DNA of 64,000 bases from Mesotaenium endlicherianum (Eukaryota): NCBI GenBank assembly GCA_009602735.1, contig WELA01001161.1, forward strand, positions 1-64,000, read 5' to 3'. Positions 53,041 through 62,688 of this stretch are shown piece after piece. A program made the position numbers and the translations under genes. The stretch's first letter is position 1. The number at the start of each line of letters is the position of its first letter. Below the pieces are notes generated by a model. The model had not been told where the DNA came from and made no database searches. It saw only the letters and a program-made list of their open reading frames with translations.

Positions 53041-53307
53041 CCTGCACATGTAACCAGGGCACAAGTTAGTAGGATATGGACCTTTGTCATAGGGATTGCA
53101 GGAAGTATGTTAGTATTTAGTATAGTGGCTTCGCTGCTGTTTACCTTACAGGATGATTGCTAAAAGTTGACGTAGTTGCGATGCGCTACACATAAACGTA
53201 TGAGTGTGTTTTTATCGCTCTCGCTCACTAACTGTCATATATTTTCCCCTCCAACTTAAATGGAGACAGGACCGCCTGTCACCTTCCCGTGTCAACTGAA
53301 ATGACAG

Positions 53308-56300
53308 TTATGGAGGGACTCCAGCGGCCCGAAGGTGGAACCGTGTCAACGCCCCTTTGGCATTGGTCAAGTGGTCCTTAAACTCCCAAGTGTCCCCAGA
53401 GGCATCGTAACCCTTCCATCGAATGAGGTATTTCATGACATATTTAGACGATCGACGGACCGAGCGAGCGTCTAAAATCTCATCGACCTCATATTCCTCA
53501 GGGTCGCCGTCCCGGACAGCGGGGACCGGTCCCGGTTGGACAGGGAACCGACCTGTGAACAGTGTATCACCTTTGATGTACGGTTCCAGGAAGGAGACAT
53601 TAAAGACCGGGTGCCCCTTGTATTCAGCTGACATGTTCAGTTTGTAAGCATTCTGACCGACACGACGGACCACCGAATATGGACCGACCCAGACAGGGCC
53701 AAGCTTTTTCTTGACCACACCAGGGAGGTACAGGTGCTGAGAATGCAGTTTGACTAAATCCCCCTTGGAAAATGTCAGTTCCCGACGGTGTTGATTAGCG
53801 TATTTTTGTTGGTTTTCTTGGGCCGTGTGCAAGTTTCGTTGGACTTCTGACAGGGTGTCAGCAAACTCCTGAGTTAACTGGAGGGAGACCGGGTTGTCAA
53901 TCCCTTCAGGGTGAGTTAAAGATTCCCCTAGCACATCTAGAGGAGACTTAGGGACTCTACCCAGGCTGAGTTCAAAAGGAGTTTTGCCCGTTGACGCGTG
54001 CACCGCACTGTTGACCGCAAACTGAATTTGAGGCAACAGGTCATCCCAATTATCTTGTTTTTGGTTAATATATGCTCTCAGCACCTCCTGCAGAACTCGG
54101 TTAGTTCTTTCAGTCTGCCCATCAGTCTGAGGGTGGTTTGCTGTGCTGAGCAGCTGTTTGACTCCCATTAACCCCATTAAAGCTCTCCAGAACTTAGAGG
54201 TGAATTTTGAGTCTCTGTCTGAGATGATATTAGAAGGGAGCCCATGTTGGCATACTACATGGTTGTAAAACTGTCTCGCTGTTTCGAGTGCAGTCACTTT
54301 GACAGTTGTGGGGATAAAAATGACCATTTTTGTCAGTTTATCCACGACTACCAGTATTGAATCATGCCCGTTGGCAGTTCTTGGTAGTGAGACCACCCAG
54401 TCCATGGATATAGTTTCCCAGCGTCCCGCTGGGATGGGTAGCGGTTGCAAGAGACCTCCGGGTGGTGTGTGCCGAGACTTATTTCTCTGACACTGGTCAC
54501 AGGACTTGACATATTTCAAGACCTCCCGGGGTAACCCCTCCCAATGATAATGTTTTGCCAGTTTGCCAACAGTTTTGGCCTGCCCCAAATGTCCACCCAG
54601 GAGACTGTCATGAGCTTGACTCAGTAAGAGAGACCTTATTTCCAAATTATTAGGAATGACCAGCTTCAGCCTGCCTGAAGTGGTTTCAGTCACCCAGACC
54701 CCTCCCTTGAGCTTATACCCGAGTGCAGTAGCACGACACACACCAGTAGTGGGGCTGGGCTCAAATGTTGGGTCAGAAAGGTAGGCTTTCCTAAGTTGTT
54801 CAAGGAAGGACTTTTTCACCTTTAGTGAAGTGAGTGCACACAGGACTTTATCTACAGCATGCTGACTAAAGTTCCTTTCTTGCAAGTCAGGTCTTCTAGA
54901 GAGTGCATCAGCAGGATTCAACTTCCCTGGTTTGTAGTCGATCTGGACTTGGAACTGCTCCAGCATCTGGCTCCAGCGGTTCTCCCTCCTCGACAGCTTG
55001 GACTTCTTCTGAAAGTGGGTCAGAGCTAGATGATCTGTAATCACCTTAAAAGCTTTACCATGTAAGTATGCTCTCCACTGTTTGAGTACATGAATGATAG
55101 CTAGCAGCTCTTTATCATGCACTGAGTAATTAATCTCCGCTGGATTAAATTTCATAGACTCATACAACACAGGATGCCACTCCTGCCGTACCTTACCATC
55201 CTTTGTGGTTTTGTCAGCAGGCTGCAACAAAATAGCACCCATGGCAAAATCAGAGGCATCAGTAACCACCTGCACCGGTTTGCTGGGGTCATACACGGCT
55301 AGCACTGGGGCAGAACAAAGGGCATCTTTAAGGGTCTGGAAGGCAGCCTGCTGCTCTTCCCCCCACACATACCCGATGTCTTTCTTAGTAAGGTCAGTCA
55401 GTTTACTGGCCTTTGTGGAATAATTCTCAATAAATCTCCTATAGTAGTTAGCCAACCCGAGGAAGGATCTAACTTCAGAGACAGACTGTGGTACTGGCCA
55501 GTCCCTTATGGTCTGGACTTTCTTAGGATCCACACTGATGCCCTCTTTACTGACAACGTGGCCTAAGAATTCAATACTTTCCTTAAAGAAATCACACTTG
55601 CTCATTTTAGCATACAAGTGATTTTTCCGCAGAGTGTCCAGCACTTTCTTTAAGTGTTCAGTGTGCTGAGCTTCATCTTTAGAGAAAATTAAAATATCAT
55701 CCAGGAAAACTTGCACAAACTTATCCAAATAAGGTCTGAAAATGTCATTCATAGCACCCATAAAGGTAGCAGGAGCATTAGTCAGTCCAAATGGCATCAC
55801 GTTGAACTCATAGTGTCCATAACGTGTGCGGAAAGCAGTCTTGTGTTCATCCCCCTCAGCAATTCTGATTTGATGATAACCACTCTTGAGATCTATCTTA
55901 CTGAACACCTTAGCGCCAGACAGGGTATCAAGCAAGTCCTCGATTCTGGGTAAAGCATACTTGTTCTTTACTGTAATTCTGTTCAGGGCTCTGTAATCCA
56001 CACACATCCGCATACTGCCATCCTTTTTCTTAACAAATAGGATGGGTGCGCCGTAAGGTGATTTACTGGGAGAAATATAACCATTTTCCTCAAGCTCTGC
56101 AATCTGTGTTTTCAACTCCTCGCTCTCCACATAAGACAAGCCATACGTGCGTTGCCAAGGTGGCTGACTCCCAGGTAATAGATCAATCCTATGATCTACT
56201 TCCCTCTTAGGGGGTAGTCCTGGAGGCATATTAAATACATCAGTGTACTGAGCAACAATTTTTGCAGCAGTAGGGTGCTCCGGAGGGCTTACCTTTTTCT

Positions 56301-57117
56301 CAACCACTTCTTCAGGTTGAGGAGGTACCTCTCTTAGCAGCAGACAGAACATTCTGTCTTCCTTCTGGTTCCAGCTTTTGACGAACTCCATTGCATTCAG
56401 CAACTTGCATCCTTCTGGAAGCCTCTTCTTTTCCTTCATTTGCCATCCACACAGGACAAGAGGAAGAGCACTGGTGGGTGCCAAGTCAGTCTGCCCATCA
56501 CTGGCTCCTCTCACTTTAACTGTACCTCTGCTCCAACACACTTCAGCTTGATGTCTATTAAGCCAGGACCTGCCTAGCACGAGATCATAAAAGCCAGTGT
56601 TGAGTACCTCAAATGTAAGCGTTTCAGTTAGAACTGCAATGCCAGAACCTAACTGGACCTCAATAGGCTTGGTTATAACTCCTCCCGGGATACTTGAGGC
56701 ATCTCCAAGGAATATTTTTCTATTCCCTTGGGTGACAGTAGGCAGCCTTAGCCGCTTAACTAAGTCCTTGTGAATAAAAGTATGTGACGCCCCTCCGTCA
56801 ACAAATGCCCTCACCTTCCTACCTGCAATCATGCAATGCAGTAGGATAGGGGGGACTGTCTTTTCCTGACTTTCGCATTGTTCTCCTGACGTAGCAAAGA
56901 AATGTTGGACATCAGGTGGAACAAGAGCATCCAGAGTGTGCACTCTCTGGACGTCTATATTACTGATGGTCTCCTTTATCTGTTTGTCAGGCATGCATAG
57001 TGAATCCAGTTCAGCAGGACCCATAATACCTGCTACGAGGGCAGCTAGTGACGACTCACTATCTCTAGCATCCTCACAGTCAGTAGACTGGATTACTGAC
57101 TGTTGCTGTCTTTTAAA
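53308..57117 (-). CDS. pol: Pol (PR-RT-RNaseH-INT-chromodomain), family A, apparently intact; -1 frame relative to gag
   Basis: [35 protein letters not shown]...CDQC, SMD/SDRD/TER, GPY motif and chromodomain YEVDEILD...YLIRWKGY...DTWE. The frame stays open upstream of the annotated ATG (57024) to the slippery site. Confidence 0.97.
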   Translation of the reverse strand, partial: FKRQQQSVIQSTDCEDARDSESSLAALVAGIMGPAELDSLCMPDKQIKETISNIDVQRVHTLDALVPPDVQHFFATSGEQCESQEKTVPPILLHCMIAGRKVRAFVDGGASHTFIHKDLVKRLRLPTVTQGNRKIFLGDASSIPGGVITKPIEVQLGSGIAVLTETLTFEVLNTGFYDLVLGRSWLNRHQAEVCWSRGTVKVRGASDGQTDLAPTSALPLVLCGWQMKEKKRLPEGCKLLNAMEFVKSWNQKEDRMFCLLLREVPPQPEEVVEKKVSPPEHPTAAKIVAQYTDVFNMPPGLPPKREVDHRIDLLPGSQPPWQRTYGLSYVESEELKTQIAELEENGYISPSKSPYGAPILFVKKKDGSMRMCVDYRALNRITVKNKYALPRIEDLLDTLSGAKVFSKIDLKSGYHQIRIAEGDEHKTAFRTRYGHYEFNVMPFGLTNAPATFMGAMNDIFRPYLDKFVQVFLDDILIFSKDEAQHTEHLKKVLDTLRKNHLYAKMSKCDFFKESIEFLGHVVSKEGISVDPKKVQTIRDWPVPQSVSEVRSFLGLANYYRRFIENYSTKASKLTDLTKKDIGYVWGEEQQAAFQTLKDALCSAPVLAVYDPSKPVQVVTDASDFAMGAILLQPADKTTKDGKVRQEWHPVLYESMKFNPAEINYSVHDKELLAIIHVLKQWRAYLHGKAFKVITDHLALTHFQKKSKLSRRENRWSQMLEQFQVQIDYKPGKLNPADALSRRPDLQERNFSQHAVDKVLCALTSLKVKKSFLEQLRKAYLSDPTFEPSPTTGVCRATALGYKLKGGVWVTETTSGRLKLVIPNNLEIRSLLLSQAHDSLLGGHLGQAKTVGKLAKHYHWEGLPREVLKYVKSCDQCQRNKSRHTPPGGLLQPLPIPAGRWETISMDWVVSLPRTANGHDSILVVVDKLTKMVIFIPTTVKVTALETARQFYNHVVCQHGLPSNIISDRDSKFTSKFWRALMGLMGVKQLLSTANHPQTDGQTERTNRVLQEVLRAYINQKQDNWDDLLPQIQFAVNSAVHASTGKTPFELSLGRVPKSPLDVLGESLTHPEGIDNPVSLQLTQEFADTLSEVQRNLHTAQENQQKYANQHRRELTFSKGDLVKLHSQHLYLPGVVKKKLGPVWVGPYSVVRRVGQNAYKLNMSAEYKGHPVFNVSFLEPYIKGDTLFTGRFPVQPGPVPAVRDGDPEEYEVDEILDARSVRRSSKYVMKYLIRWKGYDASGDTWEFKDHLTNAKGALTRFHLRAAGVPP

Positions 57118-58571
57118 GGCTGGTCTTTTCTCTCGACCTTAGGCAGGTGCTTGACCGGACACTGTTCTCTGTAGTGGCCTTTCTGCTGACAATGGTAGCA
57201 AGTAGATTTTGCTGAGGCTGGTCTCGGCTTAGTCCTACCACCACCCCTTCCATAGCCACCTCGAGAGGGACCACCTCTACCTCTAGACTGAATAGCATTG
57301 TACTCATACTCATATTCATCACCCTGATTATCCTCAGCCTGGTCTCCTTCAACTGCATTGTAGGAACCGTGGGGCTTTTTGACAATCTTAGACACCAAAG
57401 CGTTACTCTGGCGCTTGTGATTGAACTGCTGCTGATCCCAGGCGTCAGCATCCTGGATCAAGTCAGCCAGTTTCTCATACTTTTTCTCAGCAAAATGACC
57501 AGAGACCTCGGATTTCAAGCCATACCTGAAGTATGCTATCCTATACCGTTCTGGCAAATCAGGCTGCTTCATCATGTTCTCTTGGAACTTTTGAGCAAAC
57601 TCAGCAACTGAAGTGGTCTGCTTCAGTGTCAGGGAGATCATCGCATAGATAGCTTTCTCCTGCTGGTTGATGACATCAAACTTCTCATGCAACTTCTCGA
57701 CAAACTCTACCCACGTAGGGTCACCGAGTTGCCGAGCCTTACGCTCTTCCTTCCAGTAAAGCCACCAGTCTGCGGCACTGCCTTTCAGTAGCGCACCGGT
57801 GTGCCTGACCTTCTCGTAATCTTGCAGTTCTGGGTAGTTCTCCAGCCACTGCTCAACATCCGCGAGAAACTTGATCAGGTAATATTTTCTGTTTCCCTCA
57901 GGATCATAGTCCTGGGGAGGTTTCGGCTTGGGCTTACTAGGCCCTCGGCCACCACCACTAGTGGTGTGAGACCCCAGTTGGTCTCTGTCCCGGAGTAGGG
58001 ACATTATGATTCTTTTGTCCTCCTGCTGGGACTGATACATGGTCGCCATTTGCGACTGCATCTGAACGAACAATGCTCCCAAGTCTACATTTTGGGGTGG
58101 TAGATTAGCAAATGCAGCAGCAGCATTGGCATCTACTCGCTGAGTAGTGTCCTCAACAATCCCTCTTGCTCCTGCAGCAGCAATTCCTGCCGCATTCAGC
58201 CGGTCACGTATTTGACCTAGGGGTACATTGAGTTGTACGGCAGGAGGTGGGTTCAGAACATTGGCCCTTGATGCCATAAGTTCTTCAACAGTGCGCTCGT
58301 CAGCTGGCTGTCCTTCCCTCCTTTGTATATCTTCAGCGGCCTTTGCTACTTGTTCAGCTTCTAGTCTGGCTATCTCCTCCTCAGCTTGCTGAGCTGCGAC
58401 TGAGGCAATAGCAGCTGCCTCATCTGCAGCCTCCCTAGCTGCAGTATCCGCTACTGCTTCCGAATAGGTACGGTTTCCCGCTACATGGCTTTCCGCCTGG
58501 TTTTCGACATTCTCGTTATCCTGGTTCTCCATGTCTCGGGAGTTGCTAGTTTGAGACCTTGTCCTTACCAT
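57093..58571 (-). CDS. gag: Gag (492 aa), family A copy A2
   Basis: Identical protein to 244-1722, with a CCHC knuckle. Confidence 0.96.
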   Translation of the reverse strand: MVRTRSQTSNSRDMENQDNENVENQAESHVAGNRTYSEAVADTAAREAADEAAAIASVAAQQAEEEIARLEAEQVAKAAEDIQRREGQPADERTVEELMASRANVLNPPPAVQLNVPLGQIRDRLNAAGIAAAGARGIVEDTTQRVDANAAAAFANLPPQNVDLGALFVQMQSQMATMYQSQQEDKRIIMSLLRDRDQLGSHTTSGGGRGPSKPKPKPPQDYDPEGNRKYYLIKFLADVEQWLENYPELQDYEKVRHTGALLKGSAADWWLYWKEERKARQLGDPTWVEFVEKLHEKFDVINQQEKAIYAMISLTLKQTTSVAEFAQKFQENMMKQPDLPERYRIAYFRYGLKSEVSGHFAEKKYEKLADLIQDADAWDQQQFNHKRQSNALVSKIVKKPHGSYNAVEGDQAEDNQGDEYEYEYNAIQSRGRGGPSRGGYGRGGGRTKPRPASAKSTCYHCQQKGHYREQCPVKHLPKVERKDQPLKDSNSQ

Positions 58572-59341
58572 ACAAAGAAGACTGTGGTAACTGCTCCGAT
58601 ACCACTCGACTTACCAAATAGGCGATTAACAATTAATAAAGATCTTTATATCAGCAAGTAATCTTTATGGTATTTCCGTTAACTGGTTAAACGGCAAAGG
58701 ACAATACACTAGCAGGGAATAATACTCGTAAGTCAAATGCGAGTAAACTAGCATCAATAATGCAAATCAGTAAACTCATACATAAGCAAGGTTAGAAGAC
58801 AGTGCGTATCAATGGCTTCTCGCCTTGGATTCAGATCTCTCTCAGTAAGCTGTACAAGAGAGTTGGCCTCGTTTCCGAATGCCGAACTCGAGAGCAATGC
58901 CTAGCATATGTACATGGAATGAGTTTACGGTTCAACGGTCAGTGCGATGGCACCGCCTACCCGGGAGTTAACCACGTTGGTAGGACCTCGGTTAACCAAA
59001 TCCACCGCCATCTCCCATCATCCCGAATAGCCATCCATCACGGGGATGTCATCTGGCCATTCATCTAGCAGGTGGTACTTAGATGCATATCAAGGCAGTT
59101 CGCTGCTACCGAGCACGGAAGTCAGCTGGCTGTCAAAGAATGTGTCAGCAAGCTGACTTAAGTTGACTTCAGCCTGTTGCTTTTGGCCGAGTCATTAAAC
59201 TGATAATTATATAAAGTCCAGCAGACTGATTATTAACTAAAGTTCAGCAGACTGACTACTAACTAAAGTTCAGCAGGCTGAACTAAATTAACTATTATAT
59301 TTAAATGAATATTATGTCTACTAATATACTGATTCATTACA

Positions 59342-60753
59342 CTGGACGATGGTGCACGTCAAAGGTGTACTCCTGCAAGATGAGCGCCCACCGTGCGTAC
59401 TTGCCTGTCAAGCGCTCCGACGTCATGAGCCACTTGAGTGGCTGATGGTCGGTGACCAAGCAGAAGTGGGTGCCGTAGAGATAGTGCCTGAAATGCACAA
59501 TCGCCCATACTGCTGCCAGGCACTCCCCCTCATAGGAGCCGTAGTTGCCCTTGGCACGGTTGTTGCTGCGGCTGGCGTACGCCACCACATGCTCGAAGCC
59601 GTCATGCTCCTGCACCAGCACAGCTCCAAGCCCTGCCTGCAACCAGTCGGTGTGGAGGATGAAGAGCTTCTGATAGTCAGGCCGCCGTAGTACTGGGGCG
59701 CTCACCAACAGCTCCTTGAGCTTGTCAAACGCTGCCTGCTGCTCTGGTCCCCATACGTAGGCAACGCCCTTGCGTAGCAAGTCGTTGAGCGGCTTGGCCA
59801 GCTCGCTGAACCCAGGCACAAAGCGGCGATAGCAGTTGGCGATGCCAAGGAAGGCCCTCAACTGTGAGAGGTCGATCGGCGGCGGGATGCCTGTGATGGC
59901 CGAGATCTTGGCCAGCTGAGGAGCCAAACCACTGGAAGACAGAAGATGCCCGAGGTACTCCACCTTCCGGGTCCCAAAGGTGCACTTGCCTGGATGACTC
60001 TTGAGCCCAACGGCCTCCAAGCGGTCCAGAATTGTGGTGATATGCGCCACGTGCTCCTCAAACGTCTCACTAAAGACGAGTACGTCATTGATGTAGCACC
60101 GGGCAAAGGAGAGCCCTGCCAGCTCCTTATCCATGACTCCTTGGAAGGTGGCAGGAGCGTTCTTCAAGCCGAAGGGCATAACCCTCCACTCGTAGAGACG
60201 CTGCGATCCCCAAAAAGCCGTCTTATGCTGGTCCTCCTCCGCAATGGGTATCTGGTTGAAGCCCTGCCTCAAATCCAGCATCGAGAACCAAAGTACAAGC
60301 GCCGATGTCGTCGAAGATCTCGTCAGGGGTCGCCATAGGGTATCTGTCCTACTCAGTGACCTCGTTAAGATTACGATAGTCACCGCACATCCTCTTCTCA
60401 GACCAGTTGCCTGAGGCGTCCTTCTTAGCTGGCATGACTGTGGGCGCAGCGTAGGTGGAGGTAGACTCACGAATGAGCTGACCCTCCTCTAGCTTGCCTG
60501 TCTGCGTGCTGATCAGGTTGTCCTCAAAGCGGCTGTAACGATAGCGCTTCTGGAAGATGGGCACGTCTGTCTGGAGGGGTATCCTCATAGGGTTGCCTGT
60601 GTAGCGCCCAAGATCGTGCATGCCGCTGGCAAAGCTGGCACTGCGCCGTGCATCCAGCAACACCGTGAGCTGAGCAGCCTGTGCCCCAGTGAGAGTCCCC
60701 CCCAGCTTCCAAGTAGGGACAGCTGGTGGTGGCTCCTGCGCTACGGCTGGCAC
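59342..60753 (-). pseudogene. pol: Reverse transcriptase and RNase H of family D
   Basis: KRMCGDYRNLN, DRYPM, LDLRQGFNQIPI, MPFGLKNAPATFQ, YIND (mutated YIDD), LHTDW..GLGAVL, YEGECLAAVWAI and LVTDHQPLKWL. Confidence 0.93.
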
Positions 60754-60777
60754 CTCCTGCCCTGCTGCTGGGGTGAT

Positions 60778-62688
60778 TTATGGGGCCGCAGGCGTCACCT
60801 GTCCTGCAGCTGGCTGCACTCGGCCTGCCTCGAGTGCCCTCTCCTCGGCAGCTGCTGCCATCTGCCCTGCACCACCTGTAGGCGGCGGAGAGCGTGGAAA
60901 AAGAAACGGGGAACGAAACTCCCTGGGTCGCTGTGAGGACTCCTGTCTCCTCCTGCCCCCCCCCAACGAACCATAAAAACAAGGACCTGGACGAGGCGCA
61001 GGCGGCTGCTGGGAAGCTGGACCCTCGCGCTGGGAATGCCAGGTCGTACCAGGCGGGGCGCGGTCGTCGCCGTCGGAATCTCGATCCATGGCGTCATAGA
61101 ACTGGTCCATCTCAGGATGACGAGCCTGGGCGTAAAGGGGAGTCAGGGCCTGTGTTTGCAGGAGAAGCCACGTCAAAACGTTGGCATCGATAGCCTGGCA
61201 AAGGAGACGCACGCGGTTGACCTCGGTGATGCCGTCCACCTGTGTGAGGTGCGGAGGGAAGCCCATCGCACGCTCCATCTCCACGGCACGGGGTCGCTGG
61301 AACATGCCAGTCTTGAGGTCAATGATCATGCCGCGCTGGTCGCCCACGTAGGCCGCGCTGTCGTAGCGACTCACGAACGTAGGAAGCGCCCGCGTGACGT
61401 CGTGGATGACCTCACACTGGGCCTGAGAAGAATGCGGAAGGGCGACCACACGCTGGGCCAAGCGCGCCACGTCGAGGATGGAGTCAATGTTGCGCGTGTG
61501 GCGTGGATGTGCGGCCGCTAATGCCTCAAGCGTGCCTGGCATGGCCAGGTTGGTGAAGTAGGCGCGCACACGATGCGCGAAGGAACCAATCTGGGCAGCG
61601 TTGATGACTGCCTCACGATCGACGTAGCTGTTGCAGGGGGAAAAGTCTGCGCTGACGTTGGGCCAATAATTGTGGCGGACAGCCACGTTCTCCAACACCC
61701 AGGCGAGCGTGTGCGGAGGCTGGCGGTCCTCAACCATGTTGAGGACGCGGAGCAAGTGCCAGTACAAGGCCGTACGCAGGTCACCGAGCGCGCTGCCCTG
61801 TCCCGCAATGGAGAAGCCCTGGCACTCCCAGCCAGCAATGATGAGGTCAATGGGCCCGAGGCGCGTGATGTGCTCGGCGGTAATGTCGCGTATGTCCATG
61901 GGCCAGTTAGTCTGGGCGTGGTAGAAGGCATGCTCAGGGAAGAGGTCGGGGAAGCGCTCGTGGCATAAGGCCATCTGCCTGCGGGCGACCTGCTGCGCCT
62001 CGCCATTGGGGTCCACGTAGACGTACCGACGTACGGGGATGCCAGCCTGCAGGGTGGCCAACAACCCTATCGCAATGCCGGCGAAGAGCTCGACGAGGAC
62101 AATGCCGTCGGGACGTTTGTCGAGCTGTGCGGTGTAGATAGGCATAGGAAGGGGGCGACAGCCCAGGGCGGGGTTACCGGCCTGCGCTGGCGGTGGATAG
62201 GAGCGCAGCAGACTGTGCTGATGGGGCGCCATGCGGAGGGCCGCCACTGCGAGCTTTGCGTAGTGGCGAGTAAGTCGAGGAATGCGCTCGAGCAGCGGCT
62301 GCGGACGAGCCGTGCGAGAATGTGCCTGATAAGTGCGCCAGCGCGCACGCGCGTCCTGCGAGGCCTCCTCGGGCACTGGGCGGGCCAAAGCCTTCGCGTC
62401 GCGGACGCACTGCTGCTGCCACCGGTCCCTCGTCCTGTAGTCTGCGTGATGTGAAGCGGCGTGGGCCAGCTGCTCTGTGGCGGTGCGCTGGGGCAGCTGG
62501 GAATGCTGATCAAAGTACGAACGCTGACGCTCGCGAAGATCCGCCTGAAGGGGCACTGTGCAGACGGAGCGCTCGTCCCAATGTGCTGCCTGTTGAGGAC
62601 GGACGAGCTGACGTGGGGCAAGTTGGACTCGCGGGCACAGCGACGAAAGAGATGCGAGTCGGACGCGCTCCCGCTGGCTCCGCTGCAT
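60778..62688 (-). CDS. C5 cytosine DNA methyltransferase domain (core ~61170-62105) of the family D polyprotein
   Basis: Motif I VELFAGI, motif IV DLIIAGWECQGFS (catalytic Cys), motif VI VLENV, motif VIII HRVRAYFTN, motif IX EMERAMGFP and motif X-like RLLCQAID, all in canonical order. Confidence 0.92.
   Translation of the reverse strand: MQRSQRERVRLASLSSLCPRVQLAPRQLVRPQQAAHWDERSVCTVPLQADLRERQRSYFDQHSQLPQRTATEQLAHAASHHADYRTRDRWQQQCVRDAKALARPVPEEASQDARARWRTYQAHSRTARPQPLLERIPRLTRHYAKLAVAALRMAPHQHSLLRSYPPPAQAGNPALGCRPLPMPIYTAQLDKRPDGIVLVELFAGIAIGLLATLQAGIPVRRYVYVDPNGEAQQVARRQMALCHERFPDLFPEHAFYHAQTNWPMDIRDITAEHITRLGPIDLIIAGWECQGFSIAGQGSALGDLRTALYWHLLRVLNMVEDRQPPHTLAWVLENVAVRHNYWPNVSADFSPCNSYVDREAVINAAQIGSFAHRVRAYFTNLAMPGTLEALAAAHPRHTRNIDSILDVARLAQRVVALPHSSQAQCEVIHDVTRALPTFVSRYDSAAYVGDQRGMIIDLKTGMFQRPRAVEMERAMGFPPHLTQVDGITEVNRVRLLCQAIDANVLTWLLLQTQALTPLYAQARHPEMDQFYDAMDRDSDGDDRAPPGTTWHSQREGPASQQPPAPRPGPCFYGSLGGGRRRQESSQRPREFRSPFLFPRSPPPTGGAGQMAAAAEERALEAGRVQPAAGQVTPAAP

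Larger units (their letters stand above)
50533..59341 (-). mobile_element. Family A copy A2: LTR-gag-pol-ORF3-LTR with non-matching flanks
   Basis: 3' LTR at 50533-51250, 5' LTR at 58606-59341, PBS at 58593-58604, PPT-like AAGTTGGAGGGAT at 51251-51263; flanks CCAAT versus CTGGA. Confidence 0.93.

Noticed and set aside
51364..53064. ORF3 as a retroviral envelope gene
   Set aside because: No signal peptide, transmembrane helix or fusion-protein features are visible.
60778..62688. Bacterial restriction-modification methylase or contamination
   Set aside because: It is in frame with Ty3/Gypsy RT, there is no endonuclease or operon, and it sits within a eukaryotic retroelement nest.
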